Part shown: one piece after another, positions 44,547 through 59,880 of the stretch | How positions within the stretch are numbered: position 1 is the stretch's first letter | Layout of the letters: the number at the start of each line of letters is the position of its first letter | Source of the DNA: the human T2T-CHM13v2.0 reference genome, Homo sapiens | Reading direction: 5' to 3' (one strand) | DNA: 64,000 nucleotides | NCBI RefSeq assembly: GCF_009914755.1 | Contig: NC_060936.1 | The notes under the pieces: model-generated | What the model saw: only the letters and a program-made list of their open reading frames with translations | Databases searched by the model: none | What the model was told of the DNA's origin: nothing | Position numbers and translations under genes: made by a program

Positions 44547-45254
44547 AGTAGTATTTCTGTAAAAAGTTTATAACCTGAATCACATCACGGAGAAACTATC
44601 AGACAAACCCAAATTGAGGTGTTCTCTTAAAAAAAAAAAGCAATAGTCTGGCATTCTTTAAAAATATCAATGTCATATAAAATAAAGAAATGCTGAGAAA
44701 CTCTTTCGAATAAAAGAAACTATAATAAATAGACATGGCAACTAAGTGCAGTGCATGACAATGGATTGGGAAAAACAAGTTGCTCTATAAAGTACAGTGT
44801 TATGACAATTGCTGAAATTTAAATATGGACTGTATTTTAGATACTAATATATAAATGTCAGATTTCCTGAATTTGATAAGTATACTGTAGTTACCTAAGA
44901 GAATATCCCTGTTCTTTGAAAATATACCCTAAATTAATTAGGGGTAAAGGTGTATGATTACTGCAACTTGATTAAAAAATACAAGGTGTATATTGTGTGT
45001 GTATGCCTGGAGAGAGAAAGAAAGAGAAGGAGAGGTTTTCAAATACAAAATGTGTTTTGTGGATGAATTATCTACCTATTTTCCCATGGTACACAAGCCA
45101 TTAGGTTGAAGGATAGACAGCACAAGCTTATTTTATAATATATTTAATTATTATTTGAATTCAAAATGTTTATATTTTACTTGTACATGTGTATGTTCAT
45201 ATAAGAAGACTTTGCAATGAAATTATTACAAATATAAGGAAGCTTTGGTCTGGG

Positions 45255-45556
45255 TTTTTTTTTTTTTTTTTTTTGAGACGGAGTCTCGCTTTGTCGCCCA
45301 GGCTGGAGTGCAGTGGCGCCATCTCGGTGGCTCACTGCAAGCTCCGCCTCCCGGGTTCTCGCTGTTCTCTTGTCAGCCTCCCAAGTAGCTGGGACTACAG
45401 GCGTCTGTCACCACGCCTGGCTAATTTTTTGTATTTTTAGTAGAGACGGGGTTTTACCGTGTTAGCCAGGATGGTCTTGATCTCCTGACCTCGTGTTCCG
45501 CCCACCTCGGCCTCCCAAAGTGCTGGGATTACAGGTGTGAGCCACCGCACCCAGCC
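45255..45556 (-). mobile_element. AluY
   Basis: GCAAGCTCCGCCTCCCGG and GTGTTAGCCAGGATGG diagnostics. Confidence 0.92.
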
Positions 45557-47223
45557 CTATCTGAGCTATTGTTATTTAAATGATGTAACGATGTATAAAA
45601 ATTGCTCACTTTGAAAACTGATGTGAATGAGAATGTTGATGAATATGTATAAAAGTATTCATAAGCTTATATATTTATTGAGGACTAATCAAATATTGTT
45701 TTATTAAAGTTCAATTTTTTGTCAATTATTGTTTTATGATCATGTGAAATGGTAAAAATAATACATTCTATATATGTTTGATGTACATAGCAACTAAAGC
45801 CGCTTAGGTTTTTATTAAAATAATGATTTTAAAATATTATTATAATGTTAAAGCCACCACTGAATTCTCTGGAAAGACTGTGTCAAGAAAATTCGGGATG
45901 ACATTTACTCAATTTGAAAGCACAAGGAAACGGAGGACCCTATAGCCAATGTTTATATAATTAGTTTGCATGTGATTCTCTTTCCAGCTCAAAGTTCTGG
46001 AATTTAACATTTTGAGTCAGTTCAAGTTTCTGTAGTCCTACCAAAGTTATACATAATAGATAAGCACTCAAAGTACCCTTTACTAAACTTTCCTTTCTAG
46101 ATATATAGACCTATTCAGATAATCTTCTAAATATTTCAGGTAGATCAATTACCATGTTAGAATGTTACTGGCTCACTTGCTCTGGCTCATTACAAAGGAG
46201 ATCATGCAACATATCTAACATAAGCAACAAAAGAAATGGTCAGATTGCTCCTCATTAGTAGCTATCAAAAAAGAAATATTAACTAGTTTTAATTTACTTT
46301 CTATAAGTAAAACCCAGAATCATCTCTATATGTTATGGAAAAGATAGCAAAATAAATCCATAGGTGTCACATGTGGATCATTTAACAAATAATCCTTATT
46401 TAAACAATTATAATAATTATAATAATTGTTTTTTCTTGGGAATCTACAATTCTTTCAAATGTATATATAGTTAAAATTCAATTATAATAGTAAAATTATT
46501 TGAGATAAAATTCATTCCCCATGATTATGGCTTTTTATAGTTTTGTTACTAATGTCTCAAGGTGCTTTTATACTTTGCATTATATTCCCACTTTTCTGCA
46601 TTAACATCTAAGTAATCTGACAGTGATTTTTTTTTTTTGGTAAAATGTATTGATGTTTGTTAGAGTTACTTTTTTATTATTCTCTAAGACAAAGCTAGAA
46701 AGAATGGGAAAGCACTGAGAAGTGTTAGCTGTATCTATGTGCTTGGAGCTTCTGAATGACACAAAATTCTAAATATTTCCTAAATTGAGAGCAAAAAACC
46801 AATTCAAATCCAGAGGAGAAAAAAAAGTGTGACATGAAAGGCCTATATGCAGAGAAAACAAATTTTTAAAGTAATCATATAAAATTTAATTGGAACAATA
46901 TTGATAAAAATTTTGCAGCAATGTTAACTGTATTTAAGGCATGAGATGTGTTAAGTTTAAGAATAATGTACCACTAAGTACTGCTGTGTTGTCGTAGCAA
47001 AAGAAGTTAACAATCTGAAAGGCATAAAATTTAACTATCAATAATTCACATAACTATACATGCTGGAACCAATCATTGCATCAGGGTTTTTCATGCATAG
47101 AAAGAACTAGATTTGAGTCATTTATAGTATTCTTAAAAAATGTGTGATAATAAGAAGAAATATTCAAGTGAAAATAGATATTTACTATTACTGAAATTAT
47201 ATCTTTTGGATAAGATATTTCTA

Positions 47224-47637
<414 letters not shown>

Positions 47638-49032
47638 TTAAAAATGCAAATTTCTGTAAAAGTCAACTTTAAGAGTATTTATCATTATATCAGATTACCA
47701 TTTAAATTGCTGATATTTGACCTATAAAAATTGCAGTTCCATATGGTTTAATGTAATAGTACTCATAAAATGAGAAAAACTTTTGAGTGAGAGGGGAGTT
47801 TTTTCATTATTACTTTTATAAATGAGCCCTTAGAAAAGTTAAAGATTTTAAAAAGTATCTTTAGCATTCTTCCAAGCCATAGAAAGCTATAGAAAATTGT
47901 GTTTACATTTATAGATCTCTTTAAAAGAGATTTAAAAAAACTGAACTGTACCAACTACTACACAGGAGGAACTAAAATGTACAACTTCTATTTCTGTCAA
48001 CTGACTGCCCAAAGGTATTTATACAAAGATTACTTGGCTGTAAGTCTAACAGTCAGAAAGCAAGGAATAGAAGTCAATTTGCTACAGCAATGCTACTAAG
48101 CCTTCCTTGTGGTTAAAATAATTTTCTAAAAAAGGACATGTTAAATGACAGATATTTATCCCCATCATAAAGAGAATTTTGCAACATACCTACTGCAAGC
48201 AGCAAAATAAATAGATTGCTCATAATTAGTGTAAGGTACCAGATTGACTTGGCAGTAGAAACCAAATCTGTGGAGATGTTCATTCATTCAGTCAATCACT
48301 TATCAGATATTTATTGCACAATTACAATATATTTACTAGGATCCTACCAGTGCTGTACAGAGACATGTGGTTGCCTTTTCTAGCTTTTAATCTATAAAAG
48401 TTTGTTCAACAGTGACTCAACAAGGGCAAAGTCTGTTCCAGTACAACCCCTACTCCCAAAGCCATATTTCTTTGCTTTGAGGGCAGCAGGACAATAGATA
48501 TGTAACCTACATACACATTGGCACAGTACATAGGTATAGAGTTCTGTGAGGAGCTCTGGATTAAGCCACATCACATTCCTCCTTTATTCCAGTGGCTTTT
48601 ATAGACCCATATTCCACTCAGGCAGTGGCCTGCTAGTCTGCCTCTTTCTTAAATAAACACACTCCTTGTCCTCAAGAGGTGCACCCTGTTTGCCTTTTGG
48701 CAGCTAGATATTCATTAAGAATTGACAGGTCCAAAAGCTAGAGACCTATAGGAAAATTGAGATTAAGATATTTAAAACAGCATACCCCAGATTCTTGCTT
48801 AGATCCTTTTCCAGACCACATCCTCATTTTTAAAATCTGAGATCTTGGATAAAAAGAAAAAAAGCAAGGATCTCACTGAGAATACTTTAACAGCACCCTT
48901 TCTGTCCTCCATAGAGAAAAGAGGCAAATCAGTTCTTCTGACCTGATCTCATATGCTTTCTAGTTAATAGCCATCATCTGGTTTTATATGTGTGGGTTAA
49001 ACAATGTTGATATATAACACAGAGTTCCCTGA

Positions 49033-49422
<390 letters not shown>

Positions 49423-50561
49423 AGAACTTCATATTTTAAAATATCCATAAAGCTTATTTGGTGCAAGTACTTCTTAGTGCACAGGGCAGTTGTGCCAATG
49501 TTGGTATTATCGTCCTTCAAGCCCTTTCTGCAGAACTTCTGAAATAAAACACCGTCTTCACTGTTGCAAGCGACAATCTCTTCTTTTGATGACATAAAGG
49601 GTAAGTCATGATCTTTTTAAGCCATAATGCATCCTGAAAATTAAGGTTTGCTTGTTTTATATCTCAACAAGAATTCTGATTTAAAATTAAGGGACTATTT
49701 TTGAAAAATTCTTTAAAATTTTATGGAGAAATGAATTTTAGAAGAATAGGAAAGAGTAGAGAATAAAATTTAATTTGAAAATGAATTGAACACCAATAAA
49801 TTTTTTAAAATTTCACTTTCATATGAGAATATAGCTTCCTTCACCTTAACATATCTGAATGATGGCCAAGTACCTATGCTAAAATGTATGTTAAAATTGA
49901 CTTAATTGCCATGTACATCGAGGATTATGAGGACCTCTGCCTCCAAACCACAGCTTGATATTAGTACAGATCAGCACACCAAGAAAACAACCTTAGCTGG
50001 TGATACTTGCAAGGTCAGGATAAAGGGTAGTAATTTTTCATACACATGCCCCTGTTGATACCAATAAGGCAAAATGACTTTAGGGTAAGGCACATCTGAG
50101 TTCAAATTCTAGCTCCAGCATTTATCCACTGGAGGACTTAAACCTCTTTAAGTTTTCTCACAAAATAGGGATACTAATACCAACTTTATAGGTTGTCATA
50201 CAGAAAAATAAGAAACTTATATATGTAGAATTGTGACTAGCACACACTAATTGTTTGACATATTGTTAATTACAAAAAATAACAATACCCTAGAGATGCT
50301 CAATCCTGGTTCAGGATGCCTAGGACCCAACAGTTATCTCAAGAGGTCACAACATTCTCAGGATAAAATCAATTTTAATGCATATAATTTTTTAAAACAC
50401 ACACACTATATCATTAAAAGGAAGAAGTGGAAATGCCATCAAAGAAAATATAGATATCAATTAAAGATACCAAAGAAAACATAAATATACTAGTACTTGT
50501 AAAGGCTGAGATTTCATGTCTTAAGCTCTTCTTCCTTAGAAAAACAGTTGAAGAATACAAT

Positions 50562-50958
50562 GGCCAGGTAGAGTGGCTCACGTGTTTAATCCCAGCACTT
50601 TGGGAGGCCAAGGCGGGTGGATCACTTGAGGCCAGGAGTTCGAGACCGGCCTGGCCAACGTGATGAAACCCCAACTCTACTAAAAATACAAAAATTCTCT
50701 GGGTTTCGTGGTGGGCGCCTGTAATCCCAGTTACTTGGGAAGCTGAGGTGCGATAATCACTTGAGGCCAGGAGTTCAAGATTAGCCCTGGCAAGGTAGGA
50801 AAACCCTGTCAATACAAATAATAAAAAATTAGCCGTGCATGGTGGTACCATGGTGAACCCAGGAGGCAGAGGCTGCAGTGAGCCAAGATTGTGCCACTGC
50901 ACTCCAGCCTGGGTGACAGAGTGACACTCTGTTTCAAAAAAAGAAAAAGAAAAAAGAA
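50562..50958 (+). mobile_element. Chimeric AluS with a 97-bp internal insert (50752-50848)
   Basis: Normal dimer interrupted in the right arm by a second left-arm/linker segment. Confidence 0.88.
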
Positions 50959-52669
50959 GATAGCTGAAGATACAGATATTTTTGAAAAGTGAAGACAAAT
51001 TATAAAGAATGATATTTTGTTATTCCTCAGAAAGTTGGGAAAGTAATACAGACTGTGTTATGATTATCTGAGAAAATATTTAAGATCAAAAACAGTAGGA
51101 TTTTTTTCATCTTAAGATGCTTAAATGTGATAATCTTATTAATCTGAAAATGAGAGGCAGTGAGTACAGAAGATTTGTATTCAAAGACTTGGTATAGTCT
51201 AACTCTGGCTTTGAAATTCCATATAACGCTAAGTAAAGTATGTAGTCCCTTTGAAATTCAATTTAATTACTTAAAAATACTCTATTTAGCATAACTTATA
51301 CAGAACATAATTAATATGTATTATTCATGCATAACAAGATAGAAATAAAGTTATTATCTATATTTAATTTCCTGTACAATCTAATTAGTGATGTTTACCA
51401 TTCCTGCTTACAATCAAATTTAAGACTTTTATGTTGCATTTAATTTTAAAATGTGATTCATAACTTTATTTATCAAGTAGTATTTATATTTAATCTAGGA
51501 GATTAAGTAACATGGTACTTGTGCACACAACCCTGTGAATGAAGTAGTAGTTACTAGTTAGAAATAAACAAATATTGAGCTGATAAGTAAAATGTTACTC
51601 ATAATTTCAGAATATCTTCTGAAAACAGGAAACAAAAAATAATGAGTGTTGTGGAAGCAAGCTACCGTCATCTTTTATTATGCTTTTTGAGAAGTAATTT
51701 AGCACATAAAATTGTGTCACTTACTTATAGAGAGCAGGTTGAGCTCCTTAGCTAGAGACTGGGAAAATGGCAAACATCCAAATTACTAAAAAACCTTAAA
51801 AAATTAAATCAAAGAACTTCAGCTAAAAGAAACAGTGCAGCAAACGAGTAAGGACTGAGAGGATGAGCACTATCATTTCCAGTATGTACTGATGACTTCT
51901 TATTAGTGGGGATGAGTCTAAGAAATGCTTTCTTTTCTCAGCATCGTGTGTTAGAGGAGAGTAGGAAAGAACATTATGCTATCCAGAAGTGTCCAAAAAA
52001 CAAAAACTTCTGCTTACTTGAATCTGTGGTATTTCTTACCTATTTAGAAATTGGAGAAACTGATGCAATCCATGGCAACTGTTCAAATCCTGAATTACTT
52101 TCAAAACTCAGGTCAAATGACACACTGTTCTATTTTTTCCTCATTTTGAACATCCATAGCATTTCTTGCCTTTCTTGAGGCACTTATTTCTGGTTTTTAT
52201 TTCCATTAGTTGAATGTTTTTATTTATAACTAAATGATACATAAACATCATAAGATTATATGCTAATTATTGTCTATCCTAAAAAGACTAAATGAAAAAA
52301 AAATTGTTATCTCTCTGACATGAAACACAATACTCCAGCTATTTCTCCCTTTTTTTCTTTTTCTTTCTTTAAAAAAAGTATTTGATCAGATTTAATTCTA
52401 TACTTATATATAATCCTTCTTTCACTTTCTGAACCTTTTGTTTCTCAGACTCCAAAGTCATGGGTGGGCAGAAGTTTATACAAGTTACCTTTTTGTACAC
52501 CATTGTGGGAAGCCTGAATCTATTTCAGATCTTGTGGGCCTTAGTATTTGGGCCTGCATAGTAAGTTTGAATAGTAAGAAAATTACGATTAAAATTTCTT
52601 TTTCAAGATATTTCTGCCAAGGAAGCGTAGGTAGTAAGAGCATACGTGTTAGAATTACATGATGGGTTG

Positions 52670-52963
52670 GTGCCCAGGGTGGAACTGGTTCCAGGACCCC
52701 AGAAAACACCAAAATCCACAGATGCCTTTATATAAAATGGCCACAGTATTTGCATATCACCAACACACATCCCCCTATATACTTTAAATCATCTTTAGAT
52801 TACTTGTAATACCTAACACAATACAAATACTATGCATTGGTTTTTTGTTTGTATGATTTTTTATGGTTATGTTGTTGTTTTCAGTGTTTATTTTAAAAAT
52901 ATTTTTTATTCATGGTGGGTTGAATCCAAGGTTGTGGAAGCTGCAGATACAGAGGCCCAACTG
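52670..52963 (+). mobile_element. MER2-like Tigger MITE
   Basis: GGTTCCAGGACCCC..CCAAAATCCACAGATGC...GATACAGAGGCCCAACTG|TA. Confidence 0.75.
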
Positions 52964-54281
52964 TAATGTGATGTATGCAAATGATCTTCTGGAGTATTAT
53001 TTTTAAAAACTAGTACAAAAGAAAGCAAGATTTTACTCTGAGCAAAATATATTTTGTCAGCAAATATCTATTATCATCTGTCTTTCTTCCTTCTGTCCCT
53101 TCCTCTGTTGCTTCTCTCCCACTCTCTCTCTACCCCCAACTCCCACTAAATATTCCAATTTATTATTTTGATGATTGTTAGCATACTATAAAATTTTGTT
53201 AGCAGGTGAACAAAATAAACAAGTAAAAGGGTGGGTTTAGGGGCTTTCATGGATGAAGACAGAAACTTACCAGGGGATTAGGAAGTAACAAATAGGCCAT
53301 AAATTAGTGGATTTGTGAAAGTGAGAGCAGGGGATCACAAATCTCTCCTTAGGGACTTGGAAAGACAGATAAACTGCAACAAGAATTGACAGAAGAAATT
53401 CAGGATCTATGTCCAAATGAAAGACTTTTCCTGAGGTCAGGATGGCTAATATAGGAGAGAGCAGTGAGTTTCAATCATCAGCTTAAGGAGTACATTCACA
53501 TGGCTCAGAAACTCAAACAGCCTAAAATTTCCAGAATACTGTTTTAAAGTATTACCTGAGCAATACTAAGCATTTTAACATCCACCATTCCATAGATTTA
53601 GAATGGTTAATCTACATTTTGATGAAACATTTCTTTCCAAAAACGTATCTGATGCTCCACTAATGATCATATGTCATTAATAAAGATAGGATAAAGGGAA
53701 GCTGTTATGAAACTAATTTATCTACCAACATTTTTTTGTGTGTGTATTCTTGAACTGAAGCTGAGATTTTCTTTTATCTGGTTCTCATTATTAACACTGC
53801 TAAAGTACTAGATAACACTAGCTGGGAAAACATTGAGGTGGTTTCATAATTTATTAGGAATTCAGCTTTCCAAGCTTATGAACTGAGCTATAGCAGCATT
53901 CTTCGTGAAGATTTGGTGAAAAAAATAAATGGCCTAATATAGTTAATTATAATTTTTCCTTAGTGGTTCACTTCTTTCTTCCGTATACTACATGACATCA
54001 TTATAAATCCACTTTTACAAAATATACTCTATTTTTCTCCCATGCAAGTAACAATTAATGTACATTCTGATCAATCCATAAAGAGATTCATCCTCTACCC
54101 AGAAGTCTTTCAATCACAAAAAGTGAATACAGGGGGATTATTGTAAAGCTCTGTCTTATGACTTGTGAATTTCATACATAAGTGTCAATTCTATATTGAA
54201 ATTTCATTTTTTTGCTGCTAAGCTAGTAGTTAACATATTTGATTATTATGAATTAATACAATAAATTAGATTATATATACA

Positions 54282-54569
54282 TTTTTTGAGGTGGAGTTTT
54301 GCTCTTGTTGCCCGGGCTGGAGTGCAGTGGCGCCATCTCAGCTCACCGCGACCTCCGTCTCCCAGGTTCAAGAAATTCTCCTTCCTCAGCCTCTTGAGTA
54401 GCTGGGATTACAGGCACGCACCACCACACCCGGCTAATTTTGTATTCTTAGTAGAGACGGGGTTTCTCCATGTTGGTCAGGCTGGTCTCAAACTCCTGAC
54501 CTCAGGCGATTCGCCCGCCTCAGCCTCCCAAAGTGCTGGGATTACAGGCATGAGCCACCCCACCCAGCC
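54282..54569 (-). mobile_element. AluS (AluSp-like)
   Basis: GCTCTTGTTGCCC, TTTCTCCATGTTGGTCAGG; TSD AGATTATAT. Confidence 0.9.
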
Positions 54570-56439
54570 AGATTATATTTACTAATGAGAATATCATAAG
54601 GCAGTTACCTACCAACAAATATTTTGAAATAGGTTGCATAGCAGCTTTCTTTTACATCATAAAAACGTAAGATTATTTTTTAAATTTACTCGAAAAAATA
54701 GCTTTTGGAATGTAAGAAACACTACATTTAGACTCTCAGTTTACATATGGATTTAAATAAATTCTATGGTTTTTGCAAGGATAATGGTCCTATAAAACTT
54801 CTAACATATACCCAAATGTTCATGTTTCTAAAAGCCATATAATCAAGGTAAATGACTTTTAACAGTAATTATTAAAATACATTTTAGCCTGAAAAATAGA
54901 GTTCTCATTGTTATTTTTCTCCTTAACTGGATTGCAGTTGGTTTTTTTGCTTAAGCAACAGTAAATTTCATAACTAAGAAAAAGTTTCCTAGTGATTTTT
55001 GTTTGTTGCAAAGTAACATAGTCAAGTATCTCTGCAGGCAAAGGCTAGAATTTCTTCACTTTCTTATTCTCTGGAAATGTTTTACATTGTTCTGGTCAAA
55101 GTTATATTCAACAACTGTAGCTAAAAATATAAAATGTATTTATGTGATTTTACTTGCATCAAGAGAATAGAATTCTATAATAGAAAATTTTCTTCATAAT
55201 TCTACGCCTTCTAACCTAAATAAAAAAGTAAAATCAACCTACTAAACACATTAATGTCTAAAACAGAAACTTTTGGCAGTATAATTTAGCTTTCAGAATC
55301 AGAATGTTTCCCAAAGGAATTGAAAGCATAGACAGAAAGGGACAATGCTTTTGGTGTCACAAAATGTTATCTATTTTGTGTTAAACACAAATATCTATGT
55401 CATTGCTCATGTCCAGCATTTTCAGCCAATGCAGTTCTTCATTCTCCTATATTCCAGGCAGCTTCTTACTACCACCATAGGTCTTACTTTAAAGAAAAAA
55501 ACCCACAAAACCTCATCTGCCTAACTGCTATGTCTGGTCTAAAAATTAGGCCAGTAGACAGGATTGTACAGTACATTCAGGCAAAGGCAAAGGGACAAAA
55601 GGGACATATGAGAGCACTATACTTGATGTGACTTTTATGTTTGTGCTTGTACTATACTTCCAGCCTAGGCGCTTGTTAGACTCCACAAAACAGTCCTCTG
55701 ACATAGTAGGAGTGCTCTATGGGATGTCTATGTATCCAGGATGATGACAGATGGAAAAATTACTGGGTCCAATTAACATGAGGAAGTTCTTCAAACTTCA
55801 TCTTCTCTTATCCACAATGAATATTACAAATTCTTAGTGTATAACTTTGAATTTTAGACATTTCTAATTGTTCTCAGGGAAGATGATAGCTAAAGAGCTC
55901 TGAAGAAATAATGTTCTTTTTCTATGTTTACATGATACTCATTCTTACAGTAAAAAAATTTACTTAAGAAAGTTACAAATCGCTAAATAATCATATAGCA
56001 TAATTGTAAAGTCTATTTTATGGATCCTCAAATATAAATGAACAATTTTAGAATATATGAATGTATGCAGCTTGATGGAGAGAGCTGTATACTTATCCGG
56101 GTGTTATTATTTTTCTGTGAGAAGAAATAATCTGACATCTCAGGCAATCTAATCATTCTCTGAAACAGCCTGCTTGTTATTCCTTGAGACTAACATCTGC
56201 AGTCTTTGAGTATTTATTCCATCTAGACAGATGTGAAAATGAAAAAAAGTGGTATTGTCCTACAGAGTATTACAATCAAAGCAGTAATAAAATATTTTGG
56301 GCTAAGTGAATTTTTATTTCCTTAATAGTTTCTCTTAATAAAAACATTCTTAAAGATATATAAACTGAGGAACTTGAGGAATCAAGACAATTCAAGAGCA
56401 AAAGGAAATTGTTTCTTGTAATATAAAAAGATATACCTA

Positions 56440-56586
<147 letters not shown>

Positions 56587-57995
56587 CTAAAGTAAGAAAT
56601 AAAATTACAAACTGCAATAGTTTAAAATGATTTATTTTGGCAGCACCTAAAAGTAAATTATTTTTTTAAAATGTTCGAAAACATGATAACCTAGGTTGGG
56701 CAAAAGATCAAGGAAAAATATTTCAGGGTTGAGAACAAGTTTGGCTTTTGACTATTCTCTGAAGCTAAAAGCATCATAAAATAATTCAATTCCAAAGAAA
56801 ATGGATCTTCTTGAAATGGGCACTGGCTTTCCAAAATTGTAATTTGTTATCAGATACCACATACACATAGAGAAAAACAGCTGCCTGGGAAATAAGACAA
56901 ATCATAAAAATTTAACTAAAAATATATTACATTATATTTTGATATTAATATTGGATTAAATTTACATTGAATTCAAATACAACTGAAAATTAACTGCAAT
57001 TAATAGCTACAAAGCACAGTTATCCAAGGAGTCAGCTGGGCTGTTTAATTTTACACTTCAGCAGTCTGAAATGCTACAAAAATCACAAAAGCCCATAATC
57101 AGAGAGAGAAGATGATTCAAATTCTGCTTTATTCACAAATAGAGAAAATATGTTTAACAAACCAAGGATAGAGGAAAGCAAGAGGATTGTATTTTAGTCT
57201 CATGTCTAGGGATGAATTAAAATACATACACACATAGAATATTACATATATGTGAATAATATATATATATAATATTCATAAATAAAACAGGTTATTTATT
57301 TCTTATCTATTGGATGCTTCCCTTTATTTTCTATCCTATTATTGACATTTAAACTGTTTAATTTCATGAGTTCCTATTCCACACAATAGGATGAAGAAGT
57401 TGTCTTATTATGGTATTTAAAGGGTATTGTGAACAACAATCAACAGAAACACCATTTAAAATTTTTATCTACTTCTACCAAGAGCAAATGAAATTTTATA
57501 ATCAGTGATACCCAAAAAATAAATATCAGAAATTTACAGGATGTCTGTAGATCTAGCTTTGTATAGAAAGGATACCAATATTCAAGTATCAATAATGTGG
57601 AATACATCATACTGGACCTCAAAGATGAAAGAGTATTATTATATTGCTAGCACACCAAGAAAATCTCAGGAAGAAGCTAGAAAAAATTAATTTGTTATCT
57701 GCCTGTGCTCTTTCACTAGAGAAAAGGCTAAGGGTTTAATTTTGTAGAAGCGTAAATATTTTCCAAATGATTTTTAAAAAATCATATATATCATGGTGAA
57801 AAGCACATTGGCAAAATATTTCAATAGGGCCATTCTCTATTAGGCATTCTCAGAAATTTAACACATTTTGAGGGGTAATTGGAGACTTTCTACATTAATA
57901 TTAATATTTTTCTCAGCATAAAGGTCTCTGATGCTTAGAATTCTTTTTGTCTCACACTAACTTTTCTTCTGCAAATAATTTTTAATTTTTTAAAA

Positions 57996-57998
57996 ATT

Positions 57999-58041
<43 letters not shown>

Positions 58042-58326
58042 TTTTTTATACTGAGTCTTATTCTGTCTCAGGTTGGAGTGCAGTGGCATGATCTTGGCTC
58101 ACTACAACCTCTGCTTCCTGGGTTCAAGCGATTCTTGTGCCTCAGACTCCCGAGTAACTGGGATTACAGGTGCCCACCACAATGCCCGGCTAATTTTTGT
58201 ATTTTTTAGTAGAGACAGGGTTTCACCATGTTGGCCAGGCTGGTCTCGAACTCCTGACCTCAGGTGATCTGCCCACCTCAGCCTCTCAAAGGGCTGAGAT
58301 TACAGGTATGAGCCACCGCGCCCAGC
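57996..58326 (-). mobile_element. AluS with (TTTA)n microsatellite tail
   Basis: Full dimer; TSD CTGCAAAT. Confidence 0.9.
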
Positions 58327-59785
58327 CTGCAAATGGTTTTTTAATCCTGAAGGCTAACAAAGGTATGAGATCCTTTCCTCTAGAAACTTATTTTTCAATC
58401 TATGCAGAGGAAACAGAACTTCCTATTATATTTTAGGGACCTGAGAATTTAAATATAATTTTCTGTCTGAGTTAGAAATAAATAATTATGAAGAAAGTAT
58501 ACTTTACTAATGCATATCTTTGTACAACTTCAGACCTTCTAAGATACTTTCACTAGACTGAGTATTTTTAGTTTAGTTTATTCTATGTAAAAGAAATGGC
58601 TCTAAATTTTTCTGCAGAAAGAGTGTGATATGCCCACACTAATGTAGTTAGTAAGCAAAGCTCAAGCCATGTACACTATTTATTAAATAAATAGAGCAAC
58701 AAGAATCAATATTATAAAATGTATCCAGACCAAAACACCCTCTCTATAAAATCATAAATTATAAATTATGAAACCATTAATAAATAGTTAAATACTCTGT
58801 GTATGCCATGAGTACCTAATTGGTGCTTGTGGTCAGATCCTAGTAATTAGATCATCCTATAGGTCTATATGTGGAAAAATAAAGTCTGACCAAATTGCAG
58901 CTAAAAATACAATTTCTTTAAATTTACTGACACAGGATTTTACCCTGTTCAATGCTACTCATCCTCTCAACTCTCAGTAACCCAAAATATTTGCAAATAC
59001 ATCTTTAATAATTAAACCTTGACTAAAGTCCATACTAAAATCATTAATTAGCATATGTGTTATCATGTTTGTAATTCTTTTATCAAGTCAAATCATTTCT
59101 TTGTTTGAACTAAGCTCAACTTGCTATATTATGTCATTAATGCTTGTCAGCAAATTATTTTGTACTTGAATCCCAAAACATGTGTTTGAATTTTATAATG
59201 CCTTAAGTCAGAGAGTCAGGTTTATTAGATACTTTTACTTTTTAGTTTTTGTAATTAATACATAAGATATTAAATAAGAAATTATTGTCAACAGAATTAA
59301 AAACTAAATTCCAATCCATAAATCTTCTGATTATTTTATAATAGTACATTAGTACATGTAATTATTTTAAAAATTTAAGTCACATAATGTATATTGACAA
59401 AATTAAACTTGCTAATGACTTCTATTCATATTTTAGTAAATATATTACAGTATTGGCTTTTTAAAAAATAATTTCTATAAGGCAAAAAATTAAAATTTAT
59501 TTCCAGGTACAAATTTCTCATGAAATTTCCTATTGTTCCCCAAAATTACCTTGTACACTATAATTTTGATTTTCAACCTGGCAATAAAGCAGTAGAAATC
59601 AAATTTCTCTTTTCTCTCTGCTTTCTGAGGAATAACTGCTTCTGTAATTGAGCCACTGTGCATACCTTTCTTGATTTCCCCTTTCCAAATGCTCCTCCAA
59701 GTATTTAACATAAGGTACATGAATTCTGAGTTGTTTTGTATTAGTGTGATGGCAACAATCAGAAGATTCTTGAATATCATCTTAC

Positions 59786-59880
59786 TTTGAAGTTTAGCCT
59801 GGAAGCCACCACTTCTCCTGCTGGTGTAATTATGGGAACATTTTCACAAATAATTCCGTGATCCACATCAATAACTTTTC
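59786..59880 (-). CDS. ABCD2: ABCD2 exon 5 ([31 protein letters not shown])
   Basis: 95 nt, CAG| acceptor, |GTAAGA donor. Confidence 0.96.

Larger units (their letters stand above)
42720..44990 (+). mobile_element. Old L1 3' region (L1MC/L1ME-like) interrupted by MER20 and MLT1
   Basis: CAGATTGGCAAAAATT ORF2-end motif; later 3'UTR-like segments. Confidence 0.5.

Noticed and set aside
49468-49634. Possible cryptic minus-strand exon after TTTTCAG (ORF 49380..49595)
   Set aside because: Only a plausible acceptor and a weak donor; no recognisable protein; cannot be supported without RNA data.
50414-50998. 194-aa minus-strand ORF, and similar ORFs at 16961, 32005, 34931, 38764, 47221, 54286
   Set aside because: Typical antisense-Alu translations with no independent coding evidence.
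57236-57280. AT-rich quasi-palindrome
   Set aside because: Low-complexity (TA)n sequence is self-complementary by chance.
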